A DNA stretch of 64,000 nucleotides from Lingula anatina (lineage: Eukaryota > Animalia > Brachiopoda), in contig CM120640.1 of NCBI GenBank assembly GCA_051362555.1, positions 19,964,001-20,028,000 of the forward strand, in the 5' to 3' direction. Position numbers and translations under genes: made by a program. Shown one piece after another: positions 1-11,210 of the stretch; the first letter of the stretch is position 1; each line of letters opens with the position of its first letter. The notes under the pieces were generated by a model, which was given only the letters and a program-made list of their open reading frames with translations, was not told where the DNA came from and made no database searches.

Positions 1-1357
1 TACATACAACTTACAATATGCATTGTTTTCCTGTGTACTTGAATTTTTAAAGTTACAATCCAAATGATTAAGGGATAAATTGAGAAAAACATTACTTCAA
101 AATAAGAAGTGTCATTACATTTTTAACCATAAATCTTAATTAATGCAAATTAAAAAACAAAACAGATTTTTCTTATCTCCAATGAACCCAATAAAAAATG
201 TACTTTTTTGGACTTATTAATAATTTTGCATTACACAAGTTATAATATGATTGTTATTATGAAAACATTCAGAGACGAAAGTAATTATTTACTATAATGA
301 GAAAGGAAAATAACCAAATGATAATCATTTAAAATTTCCAAAAGAATATTTTATAAAAAAAACTTTGTAATTCAGTTTATTTTAGCATGAGACAGCTGTC
401 TTCAAAAACATTTCTTTATTCCAAGGAAGAAAACGTTAGTATATAATTTCATTAAATAAAAGTTAGTGTTGAATATGTTTTTTTTTTATATTCATTACAT
501 GTGCAAACCTGAAGATACTAAGAAGTGATTTTAAAAATGAAGACATCACAATAGTGTTTTTGACCTAAAATCTCTTCACAGTATATTCTCTTTCCAAACG
601 AATTGGTAATGGTTAATTTAAAATTTAAAGACAAATGTGTTCTTTTGTCTACAATTAACTTTTAACACAGCAACACAGAATCTTATACCAGAAGAATATG
701 GACACTAACATATGAAAAGATAGATATATCAAAGAGAAAAAATTTAAAAGAAAACTGGTAATAAAAAGAGAAAAAATTCCCCTGCTGTTTTACTATTGAT
801 TTTTCTGATGAAAGATGTCTCACTCACAATCTTTTTTTTTTCTTTTTAATTTCAATGTCATGTATATCTTCACAGAAAACGTATCACATTTCCTTTTCAC
901 AAGGTCATGTATTCTGCCTGTTATAGTATCTAATTGTGTTTTTTAATCTCGCATATTACCCCAAGGGGCCAGATCTTGCTCTAATCTACAACAAACCACC
1001 TGGTAATTTTTGGCAAACATTTTCAAGGGGGCTAGACCTAAGATGAAACTTTTTAATAATAATAACATGCTCCAAGTTTTCCCATCATTTGTCTGTTCAT
1101 TTTCTCTTTTGCTCTTCTATTTGTCCGTCTCAAAAAATGCAAAACATTTTCAGTAATCTTTCTAAAAATTAAATAATTAAAGTAAATTAATTTACATATT
1201 AACATTAAAAATAAAATTTTTAATTTCTTTAATTCAGAAAAAAATTACACTTAATCACATATGACAAAGGATCCCCACTGTTTCATCATGTTTTACCTGG
1301 GCAGTACAACTAAAACACCATCTTACTAGGTTTCAGAACAAAGCCCAAACAAAAATG

Positions 1358-1745
1358 GCAAGCTTGCAATTCATTGCTATTGCAAGCTTGCGGCAAGCTT
1401 GATTCGCAAGCTCGGAATTGGAACCTCGCGACGAGCTAGTAATTGAAACCTCGCGGCAAGCTAAAACCGCAAGCTTGCAGCAGGCCAAACTGCAAGCTTG
1501 CGACAGGCCAAACCGCAAGCTTGCAGCAAGCCAAACTGCAAGCTTGCGGCAAGCTTAATTTGCAAGCTCGGAATTGGAACCTCGCGACGAGCTAGTAATT
1601 GAAACCTCGCGGCAAGCTAAAACCACAAGCTTGCAGCAGACCAAACTGCAAGCTTGCGACAGGTCAAACCGCAAGCTTGCAGCAAGCCAAACTGCAAGCT
1701 TGTGGCAAACTAAACTGCAAGCTTGCACAAAGCTTAACTGCAAGC
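1358..1745. repeat. Left subterminal array of GCAAGCTTGC palindromes (~22-bp period, with a 156-bp higher-order duplication)
   Basis: Many GCAAGCTT(GC) motifs; GGAATTGGAACCTCGCGACGAGCTAG recurs at 1414 and 1570. Confidence 0.9.
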
Positions 1746-1869
1746 ACACTGCAACTATTTTCTAAAGGTTAACTGCATACAAAATTGACACAAATAACTA
1801 CTGAGTAGGAGGTTTCACTCATCTATTATCGTAGATTATTGTACAGAAAATGAATAGTAATTTGAATTA

Positions 1870-2392
1870 CTAACAACAAGGAAAATTGAAAAAAAAAAGT
1901 TGATATATACAAGCATACAAATCTATTAAGTAGTGTAGTGATTAATTTCTGGAAAATATTACAAGCAAGTGTTCCTTTTATTTACCATCAATGACAAAAA
2001 TTGAAAAAAAATGTAATATATATACAAGCATCTATTAAGTAGTGTAATAATTAATTTCTGGATAACATAACAAGCAGTGTCCCTTTATCTACCAACAATG
2101 AGGAAAATTTTTTAAAAATGTAATATATATACAAGCATATAAATCTATTAAGTAGTGTAATAATTCATTTCTGGATAACATAACAAGCAAGTGTCCCTTT
2201 ATCTACCAACAATGAGGAAAATTTTTTAAAAATGTAATATATATACAAGCATATAAATCTATTAAGTAGTGTAATGATTAATTTCTGGATAACATTACAA
2301 GCAAGTGTCCCTTTATCTACCAACAATGAGGAAAATTTAAAAAAAAATGTAATATAATATATACAAGCATGTAAATCTATTAAGTAGTGTAA
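1870..2392. repeat. ~114-bp tandem repeat, ~4.5 copies, inside the CACTA element
   Basis: ATCTATTAAGTAGTGTA recurs at 1921, 2030, 2143, 2257 and 2375. Confidence 0.9.
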
Positions 2393-2394
2393 TG

Positions 2395-3590
2395 TACAGA
2401 AAAGCAAAAAATAACAATGCACAAAATAGGCTTCAGTAACTGTAAATTCTGATGCAAAAGTACATATGCTTCACTGCAAATTCAACATCAAATTCTAATT
2501 ATGCTGAGCAGGTAATACCGATGTAAGTAAAATATGTAACAAGCAGAAGGCTTCAGGGCCAACAAGAGTTCTCGTTCACACTTTGAAAATGCCAGAATGA
2601 GGAAAATTAAAATTTCACACAAAATTGCATAAATTCAATAATAAATGATATTACCCAATTGAGTTGGCTTTCTAATTTGAGCTGCATGCTAATCCTAAAA
2701 ATCATTCTTGTAAGTTAAAAATAATAATAAGTAACACAGTTTTCTCTTCATAATGTTTGTGGTAGCAGTGCAAAAAGAAGATGTAACATTATATAATAAA
2801 TTACAAAATAATTATCACCAATTTTTGATTATTGACTATAAATAGCATGGACATGTACAAAATTTGATTACCAATCCGCTTCATGCCCTTGGGAGCTCTG
2901 AGACCCACAATAAATATGCCAATACAATAAAAATGAATATTTCATCAAAATGTATAACTTCCAGGAAAAGAAGCCAATTAGACTGCTTTACCAACTCAGA
3001 CTGCATTTTAGTCCTGTGTTTCTTTTTTATAAGTTTGACAATCATAAGTAACATGGTTTTCCCATAATGGTCATCATGGCAGCAGCACCCAAAATTGCAT
3101 TTTATTCTATTTTGATGCAATATTACATAATGCTTAACAGCAAAATGACCATCAATTGTTAATAAAATATTAGCAGCATGGATATTCAGAAAATGTGACT
3201 AGCAAAGGCCTTCAAGCCCATGGAGATTCAAAATCACACCTTGAAAATGCCAACATGTGAGAAATTAAATTTGCACTAAAAATGTGTAGCTTACAGAAAA
3301 ATATACCAAAACAGACAGCATTTACAACTGAAGTTGTATTTTAATCACGTTTCTTTCTTGTTTGAGAGTTTGAGAACAGTGAGTGGCATGGTTTTCCTCT
3401 AATGGTCACTATGGCGGCAGTGCCTAAAATAGGCTTTTCTTCAATTTTGATGCAATATTTCATAATGCTTGACAGCATAATGACTACCAATTTTTAATGA
3501 TAAAATATATGTATCATAGGTATTCAGAAAATGTGACTGGCTAAGGTCTTCAGGCCCATGGAACTTCAAAGTCACACCTTGAAAACAACC
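2395..3590. repeat. Diverged repeat block with ~335-bp internal units, homologous to 14300-15115
   Basis: Blocks such as AATTCTGATGCAAAAGTACAT, AACATGGTTTTCCCATAATGGTCATCATGGCAGCAGCACCCAAAATTG and TATTCAGAAAATGTGACT occur in both regions in the same orientation. Confidence 0.85.
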
Positions 3591-3682
3591 GGAAGTCAAG
3601 TTATTGAGTCCAACGAAGAGGACCCTCTGGGACCTGTGTTGGAAAGCAACAATAAGTAACAATAAGTAACAAAATTACATTA

Positions 3683-4076
3683 TCAGTTTCTCAAGACGGC
3701 ACGGACTGCAGGAGACCTACATTCTACCTCAATGACGATTTTAAGCTCACAGACAATACTAGTTTCTGAATTCAGCATGAAAAAAAAAATTCTTTGAACT
3801 TCATTCATAAAATACTTCTAAAAAATATCGGTGTATTCTCAACTGACGATTAAATTAGAAAAATGTATGTTGTTTAACAAAGGAAAACTTACCGCCAATT
3901 TCTACGATGACACCTTTCCACAGTCCAAATTTCGGTAGCTTTGCTACAACTTCGGCACCTTTTTTGTATTCAAGAAAGCCTTTTCTCGGTTCTTTGATAA
4001 TTTTTATACTGTTGACGCAAGTTGTATTGTCATCCCAGTCGAACCAACAAAAGAGATTCGCGGTGTTTTCTTCCAT
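3683..4076 (-). pseudogene. Remnant transposon accessory gene: exon 4076-3893 and possible exon 3765-3683
   Basis: ATG at 4076 downstream of a CpG-rich region. 61 codons (MEENTANLFCWFDWDDNTTCVNSIKIIKEPRKGFLEYKKGAEVVAKLPKFGLWKGVIVEIG) end at a strong donor G|GTAAGT (3893/3892). An in-phase acceptor at 3766-3767 adds ETSIVCELKIVIEVECRSPAVRAVLRN*. The resemblance to N-termini of transposon-borne BEN-domain proteins is from recollection only. Confidence 0.45.
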
Positions 4077-4079
4077 TTT

Positions 4080-4560
4080 TTCGTATTCTCGAGCTCGCAG
4101 TTTGAATTTGATGCAGCGGATTAGAGCAGACGACGTTTCCGCACATGCGTACGAGCGCTTTGTCTACGCGCCATAGGTGGCGCTGCGGTCATTTCTTCCG
4201 TGAACTGTACATGTAATGTAATAAAGAGCAGGGATAATCCTGGGCCGCGCGATTGCGCCAAATGCGCGAGCCTCTTCTCAAAGGCGCAAGTAAAATTCTA
4301 ACCTGCGCCATTTTGGCGCGTACAAATATAGCAGAAACTTTTTTTCATAATAAAGATCTCCCTACATAATGATGTCGTTCGAAGTGCGCGTAGCGATGTT
4401 GCGAGGGCTGACATGTGACCCGTTTCACAAAAATTTATCGAAACTGAAACAAGTACGCAATGAAAAACGCGCAATGCTCAAAACACTGAAAACAAGCCGC
4501 GCGCGGACCTCTGAGAACACCTAACTACACGAGGTAGGTAAACAAACTTATGGCTTCTCA
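4080..4560. promoter_or_regulatory. CpG-rich internal promoter-like region of the CACTA element
   Basis: Dense CG/CGCG in an otherwise CpG-poor background. Contains E2F-like GCGCCAAA and TTTGGCGCG, CTCF-like GCCATAGGTGGCGCTG (4170-4185), and a plus-strand donor GAG|GTAGGT near 4533. Confidence 0.45.
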
Positions 4561-4795
4561 GTTCAGTCGGGCCGCATGTTGAGTAATCGATAAGTGAAAA
4601 GGAGAAATATTCGTCTGTTTTTTACAGACTAAATTTTTTTTTAAATAAGATTGATTTTTAGTAGTGTAAATTTTAAATGGTTTCCAATAAGAGTTTATGA
4701 TTAAAATATTGTAGTCATTTTAATGATTTTAGTATATTAGCCATTATTGTAAGGCGCCTTGAGATAGAATGTAAGGCGCCATATAAGAATCTTAT

Positions 4796-7790
4796 TATTG
4801 TACCACCAGCGTAGGCGCTGGCGGTACACATGGTTTTAGTCCCGACCCGTATGTTCCGCCGGCTCCTGCGGCTCCTGCGGCTCCGCCGGCTCCTGCGGCT
4901 CCGCCGCCAAGTCCTCGTTACCGCTTCTCCTCCTAGACGGTAAGGGCCTCCATACCCATCTCTTGGATTTGGGTCACCTATAATCTCAACTCGTTCCACG
5001 TAAAATTTGGGCTTTGTCGGTATTGGGGTCTAGGTGTGGCACTCATTGCAATGCACCCTTGTCCAAAAATGGCAAAATTAAATGCTAATTATCTCCCCTA
5101 CGGAAGGAATTATGGGAAAAATTTCTACAGACAGCTTTCCAAAAGTCATATGTGTAGATTTCAAATATGCCCTTGGATTTGACCTTTGACCTTTATTTCA
5201 AGGTCAAACTGGCCAAAATTTTCAAAAAAACAAAATTTTTGCCGAAAAAAAAAATAATTTGCGGTCTTATTCAGACACCACACAGACTTAACTAATAATA
5301 TTAATGGAAAGTGTTACCCTTCAGGTCATCTTTCATCTCTGTGAATTTGGGGTCAATCGGTGCATTTTCACGGGAGTAGCGGCCATAAGATATCGAAACT
5401 GAAAACTGTCTCTAATTCGGGAACCGTTAATGCTAGACACCCATTCTTTTTTGCATTTTGTAGAGCATGTTAAGCCCAACACTGGAGGTGGTCTCCGTTT
5501 TTTTGTATTCCATACGGTTTTCGAGTTACGCTGTATCAAAAAGTACATATTGGTGGTGAAAGCAAAATGTGCAGTACGGTAATGGATAATAAATTTTGAA
5601 CTCTGGAAAAATAAAACATAAGGCTTGGCAAAGCAGACAACTTGTGGTCAAAAATGACATTATTTCATCAAATTTGAACATCTGGAACTTCAGAGCACCT
5701 CCCATTTCAAGAATTTTGACCAAAATGACCTTTTCTTTATTTTAATTAATTTTTTCTGTAGGAAATTTATGGTACATTATGGTAACTCCAAAATTATAAC
5801 ATTTAGTCCCTTATATCTCCAAAACTGGAAGAGATAGGTCCATAGTTACTATTGAAGTTGAATAGGAAGTCATATACTGGCAATCTAAATGTGACCTTAA
5901 AATTGACCTTTGACCTACTTTTCACCATGAACTGAACTTTGCAAATTTTGCTTCCCTTTTATCTCCAAAACTGGCAGAGATAGGTCCATAGTTTCTATTG
6001 AACTTGAATAGGAAGTCATATACTGGCAATCAAAATGTGACCTTAAAATTGACCTTTGACCTACCTTTCACCATGAACTGAACTTTGCAAATTTTGCTTC
6101 CCTTTTATCTCCAAAACTGGCAGAGATAGGTCCATAGTTACTATTGAAGTTGAATAGGAAGTCATATACTGGCAATCTAAATGTGACCTTAAAATTGACC
6201 TTTGACCTACTTTTCACCATGAACTGAATTTTGCAAATTTTGCTTCCCTTTTATCTCCAAAACTGGCAGAGATAGGTCCATAGTCTCTATTGAACTTGAA
6301 TAGGAAGTCATATACTGGCAATCTACATGTGACCTTAAAATTAACCTTTGACCTACTTTTCACCATGAACTGAACTTTGCAAATTTTGCTTCCCTTTTAT
6401 CTCCAAAACTGGCAGAGATAGGTCCATAGTCTCTATTGAACTTGAATAGGAAGTCATATACTGGCAATCTACATGTGACATTAAAATTGACCTTTGACCT
6501 ACTTTTCACCATGAACTGAACTTTGCAAATTTTGCTTCCCTTTTATCTCCAAAACTGGCAGAGATAGGTCCATAGTCTCTATTGAACTTGAATAGGAAGT
6601 CATATACTGGCAATCTACATGTGACCTTAAAATTGACCTTTGACCTACTTTTCACCATGAACTGAACTTTGCAAATTTTGCTTCCCTTTTATCTCCAAAA
6701 CTGGCAGAGATAGGTCCATAGTTACTATTGAAGTTGAATAGGAAGTCATATACTGGCACTCTAAATGTGACCTTAAAATTGACCTTTGACCTACTTTTCA
6801 CCATGAACTGAATTTTGCAAATTTTGCTTCCCTTTTATCTCCAAAACTGGCAGAGATAGGTCCATAGTCTCTATTGAAGTTGAATAGGAAGTCATATACT
6901 GGCAATCTAAATGTGACCTTAAAATTGACCTTTGACCTACTTTTCACCATGAACTGAACTTTGCATATTTTGCTTCCCTTTTATCTCCAAAACTGGCAGA
7001 GATAGGTCCATAGTCTCTATTGAAGTTGAATAGGAAGTCATATACTGGCAATCTAAATGTGACCTTAAAATTGACCTTTGACCTTCTTTTCACCATGAAC
7101 TGAACTTTGCAAATTTTGCTTCCCTTTTATCTCCAAAACTGGCAGAGATAGGTCCATAGTCTCTATTGAACTTGAATAGGAAGTCATATACTGGCAATCT
7201 AAATGTGACCTTAAAATTGACCTTTGACCTACTTTTCACCATGAACTGAACTTTGCAGATTTTGATTCCCTTTTATCTCCAAAACTGGCAGAGATAGGTC
7301 CATAGTCTCTATTGAAGTTGAATAGGAAGTCATATACTGGCAATCTTAAAGTGACCTTAAAATTGACCTTTGACCTACTTTTCACCATGAACTGAACTTT
7401 GCATATTTTGCTTCCCCTTTATCTCCAAAACTGGCAGAGATAGGTCCATAGTTACTATTGAAGTTGAATAGGAAGTTATATACTGGCAATCTAAGTGTGA
7501 CCTTGAAATTGACCTTTGACCTACTTATTATCATGAACTGAACTCTGCTAATTTCTTTCTCTTTTAACTCCAAACCTGGCAGAGATAGGCCCATAGTTAC
7601 TATTGAAGTTGAATAGGAAGTCATATACTGGCAATTTACTGTGACCTTGGAATTGACCTTTGACCTACCTTACGATGAACTTAACTTTGATTGTGTTCCT
7701 TATTTTGTATATGTGGGGGTCTATACGAATGCGCTTGCTCCAGCTGGTGGTACAATATTCGGAGGCGGTATCGCCTCTCTGATCCTCTAG
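4796..7790 (+). mobile_element. Non-autonomous Helentron/HINE (DINE-1-like) rolling-circle element
   Basis: In order: 5' subTIR TATTGTACCACCAGC (4796-4810); adjacent inverted copy GCTGGCGGTACA (4817-4828); 9-bp GC-rich microsatellite (4856-4908); internal tandem array; 3' subTIR GCTGGTGGTACAATA (7743-7757); hairpin GAGGCG-GTAT-CGCCTC (7762-7777); terminal CTAG (7787-7790) followed by TT. Inserted in a TT-containing tract with no TSD. Confidence 0.85.
5808..7690. repeat. 146-bp tandem satellite, ~13 near-identical copies, inside the Helentron
   Basis: ATCTCCAAAACTGG recurs every 146 bp (5815, 5961, 6107, 6253 ... 7421; diverged copy at 7567). Units contain TGACCTTAAAATTGACCTTTGACCT with occasional substitutions. 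Confidence 0.97.
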
Positions 7791-8812
7791 TTATTATTAT
7801 TATTAACAGACTTTTTTTGTAATTTTTCACCCTTAGTGGCACTGCATGTCTCTAAATGAGGGACAACATCGTTTTCAATGCGGGAATTGCGCAATGGATG
7901 CACAGTCATGATTTAAAACTGCCCATCATATTATATCCACCTAAAGGAACCAGCTTAGATATTGAAAAAAAATGCACTTTTTTGAGGTGGGGTTGGAGGG
8001 ACTGTGCAAGTGAAAATTAGCTGGGGGACAGGTGAGACTTGTCAGCAGTAAGCCTGAGCGGACAGGTGTCCTGAAAAAGCGTTAAGCCCTGCAGCAGTGT
8101 AATAATCACATACTTAATGTATAAGTACATTAATCGATATCCCAACTAATTTTAGTAATGTTATGTAGTTGCTTGCCAGATTTTTATGTAAATATAGATA
8201 TATGTAAGACTGGTTTCTCTCAGCTTAGATCATTGCTTTAATTGTTTTCAGGTTAAAAAAGAATGCAAATATATTTTGAAAAATAAAAATTATTTTCAGA
8301 GCAATGGATTCTTTTTCACAATAAAATGGGAATTGTCAACCTTTCCATGCAGTGCTATTACTCAGCACAGTACAATGATTGATTTTTTGGACAGTACAAT
8401 TGTTAATTTGGAAAATTTTTCCACACACTTCAATTATCTAGAACTCTAGAGTAATAGCATCAAGCCTTTTTTAAGTGTTTTTAATCATATAAAAATATTG
8501 AAATATAATGAATTTTCGCCAAATAATTCACGGCACACATTTTTTAAAAATGGCCCACTTTTTTTGACCAAGTGGGCCAAAATGGCCCAACCAGATTTTG
8601 ACCCAGGACGATCCCTGGCAATATGTAAATTATCTGGTCTATGAAAATATTAAGATAAAACCTTATACACAAATCATAACGTTTCAAATGACATTTTAAG
8701 CATCGTAAAACTTTGTAACAATCTTTTTGTTTCTGTTTCATTAAACCCCTGAAAATTACAGATATCTCGTCCGGCCATTTGTTCAGATTTTAGGAAAGCC
8801 CAGTAACTTCCT

Positions 8813-8815
<3 letters not shown>

Positions 8816-8866
<51 letters not shown>
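8816..8866. repeat. (TA)n microsatellite
   Basis: Pure TA run. Confidence 0.95.
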
Positions 8867-8869
<3 letters not shown>

Positions 8870-8988
8870 AAAATCAAAGAATATATGATCCTCTAGTACT
8901 TTCACCTCTTTCTAGAGGCTCATCATATTAACATTTTACCTCCAAGTTTGCAGAAATTAAAATTCCCAGATGCTTGTTCAGATTTCCT

Positions 8989-9372
8989 AGCTTGCAAAAA
9001 TTCATGCAAGCTTGCAGAAAGTGTCATCACAAGCTTAATTATTAATTACAAGCTTGAATAGTGTTCTGTAAGCTTGCAAAAATATCTTGCATGCTTGCAG
9101 AAAACCTCCCTGACCAACTGCAAGCTTGCAGAGTGTTCTGCAAGCCTGCAAAAATATCATGCAAGCTTGCAGAAAGCCTTCATTGCCCGCTGCAAGCTTG
9201 CAGAGTATTTCGCAAGCTTGCAGATCAATTCTGCAAACTTGCAAAAGTATCTTGCAAGCTTGCAGAAATCCTTTCTAGCCTCATGCAAGCATGCGCAAGC
9301 TTCCAACTTGCTTGTAACAAGCTTGCGAAGGGTAAAACTAGCTTGCCACAAGCTTGTGACTAGCTTGTTGCA
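8989..9372. repeat. Right subterminal array of GCAAGCTTGC palindromes
   Basis: Repeated GCAAGCTTGCA(G/A)A motifs at ~22-bp spacing directly inside the right TIR. Confidence 0.9.
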
Positions 9373-10974
9373 AGGAAGTATTTTTGTTTGGGAGCAGCCC
9401 TGAACACCTCAGGGAACATGTAATAGCTTCAACCTTGGAAAAAAACATAATAGACTACTTAACAAAGATCAAGTAAATCCCAAAGAAACCTCAAACGACT
9501 TTTTCTTTCTGTGCCGTAGCATTAATTTCCCAGAATGAACATGTGTACACTCCCTTAGCCTCTGCATATAATTATGACATTTGAATTTGACATTGCACTA
9601 ATTTCATTAAGAAATATCAATAACTTATCAACCTGTCAGAAAGGTTTACTGTCTAAATTGATGATTACTGAAACAAACCTTTACTAGTGTCACAAGATGC
9701 ACATAAGCATTCTTGAAAAAAAATATGACAAAGCAGTTATATATTCTATATATTATAATACATACTTTCAAAGGCTAATTTACTATGATGTCAAGAGTAG
9801 CTATGAAACTGCAAAAACTGTTTAATTAGTTACTTTCCCATGCATCTCCATCATCTTGCTTGGAGAATTTCTTTGAAGATGTTTTAATCCAATTCAATCA
9901 AAAAACAAAATAACCTGCCAGTGACCTGGCTATGTAATGATTACTTGAAAGACAGAGATACCTTAGCCTCAATAATAATAATAAGCAATTAAATATTTTG
10001 TATCTATTTCCTTGCTACCCATTCTTTTTCTTTTTTATATCCCAAAAAAATCAAATGCCAAACATTTAAGTAAAAGGAATAAAATATTAAGAAATTATTA
10101 ATTATAAGAAGCATTGTATTTCTGAGTCTGTTAAAGTTTAAATAGGCAATATTTCCATGCAAAAAAAAAATTCCTTCAGGCAGTGGGTGAGAAGAGAAAT
10201 AATATTAGCTTTAGTGATACTGATAATATTATCAGTCAAAATAGTAACAAGCACCTCTGGTAAAATCGATCAAGTTGGGTTCTCTAGATCCACTGCTTTC
10301 TCCAAAATACTGAAAAGGAACTTCCATTTTTTTACAGGTTTGTCATAAAATTTCTATGTAAATGGCAATCATCATGAGAGTCAGAAAAATCAAATATTGG
10401 TCATTCTTTTGGACCCCACGAAAGCTTCTTGTGTGAGATACAGAAATTCTAAAATGAAACCAATAGACAAGCAAGACCTACTTTCCCTCTTTTTTTAGCA
10501 GGCATGTAGCTAAAAACAAGCCTTTAGGTGATAAGCCCTGCCCACAAATTTGATAAGCACATGCAGCAACACTTTGCCACACAGCGTGAAGAATATGGAG
10601 GAATTAATTACATAGAAAATGCCATCACACATTAAGTCTACAATTCTCTTTCATGGCACATCATTTTTTGATAAGATACCATAACACTGGGAGACTGGAG
10701 AGACTTGTGCTGCCCTCTACCCATTGCCCAACAAAAAATAACAGACTTCTTAGTAAGGGAGACAAAACCATAACAAATCTAACAGCATTCAGACATTTGA
10801 AAAATTCTTAGATTGAAATTTCCATCTTTCTCCGCTTTGATTATAGAAAGTTATCTTGGGTTAGTTAATATAAAGATTCAACAATCAATCAATCAATCAA
10901 CATATAAAAATAGAAGAGCAATGACAGGAGTTCCAAATATTAATATGGGACTGTTTTATTATTGTGGTCTCCAG

Positions 10975-11210
10975 ATAATAACTCAACCAATAATGAAGAT
11001 AATACCCCTAAACTGAATTTGTTGCTAAATTGCCAAGAGGAAAACAGAGCACTTTTCTTAGAAAGAAGCCATTAGGTAACTTATCAAATGATTTCAAGAT
11101 AATGGCAGCAACCAATAATAAAGATAATACCCCTAACCTAAATACATTGCCAACTTTGTAAAAGAAAAACAGGCCATTATTCCTAGAAAATAAACATTAG
11201 ATAAGTTATC
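10975..11210. repeat. Diverged ~125-bp tandem duplication
   Basis: CAACCAATAAT(G/A)AAGATAATACCCCTAA at 10984 and 11109, with similar downstream sequence. Confidence 0.7.

Larger units (their letters stand above)
4631..7805 (+). mobile_element. Short 3' end of an L2/CR1-like LINE or SINE whose (TTA)n tail is split by a Helentron insertion
   Basis: TGTAAGGCGCCTTGAGATAGAATGTAAGGCGCCATATAAGAATCTTATTATT (~4749-4799) resembles L2-type 3' tails. (TTA)n resumes at 7791-7805. ACAGACT is duplicated at 4624-4630 and 7806-7812, a candidate TSD. Confidence 0.5.
1344..9392. mobile_element. Non-autonomous CACTA/EnSpm (CMC)-type DNA transposon, 8049 bp, with nested insertions
   Basis: Perfect 13-bp TIRs: CCCAAACAAAAAT (1344-1356) and ATTTTTGTTTGGG (9380-9392). 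2-bp TSD AG at 1342-1343 and 9393-9394. Both ends carry arrays of the palindromic subterminal repeat GCAAGCTTGC. CCC...GGG ends, a 2-bp TSD and subterminal repeats are typical of animal EnSpm/CMC elements. No intact transposase ORF. Confidence 0.8.

Noticed and set aside
1358-1745. CRISPR-like appearance of short palindromic repeats with spacers
   Set aside because: The spacers are short and themselves repeated, there are no cas genes, the context is eukaryotic, and the arrays are explained as transposon subterminal repeats.
1333-1765. ORFs rich in CKLA/QAC (also 9035-9403)
   Set aside because: Translations of the palindromic GCAAGCTTGC subterminal repeats; open on both strands and in several frames.
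4715-4999. Protamine-like ORF (RRSRRSRRS)
   Set aside because: Arises from the 9-bp Helentron microsatellite and crosses the element boundary.
7382-7624. 80-aa ORF
   Set aside because: Lies in the 146-bp satellite; the frame is closed in other units.
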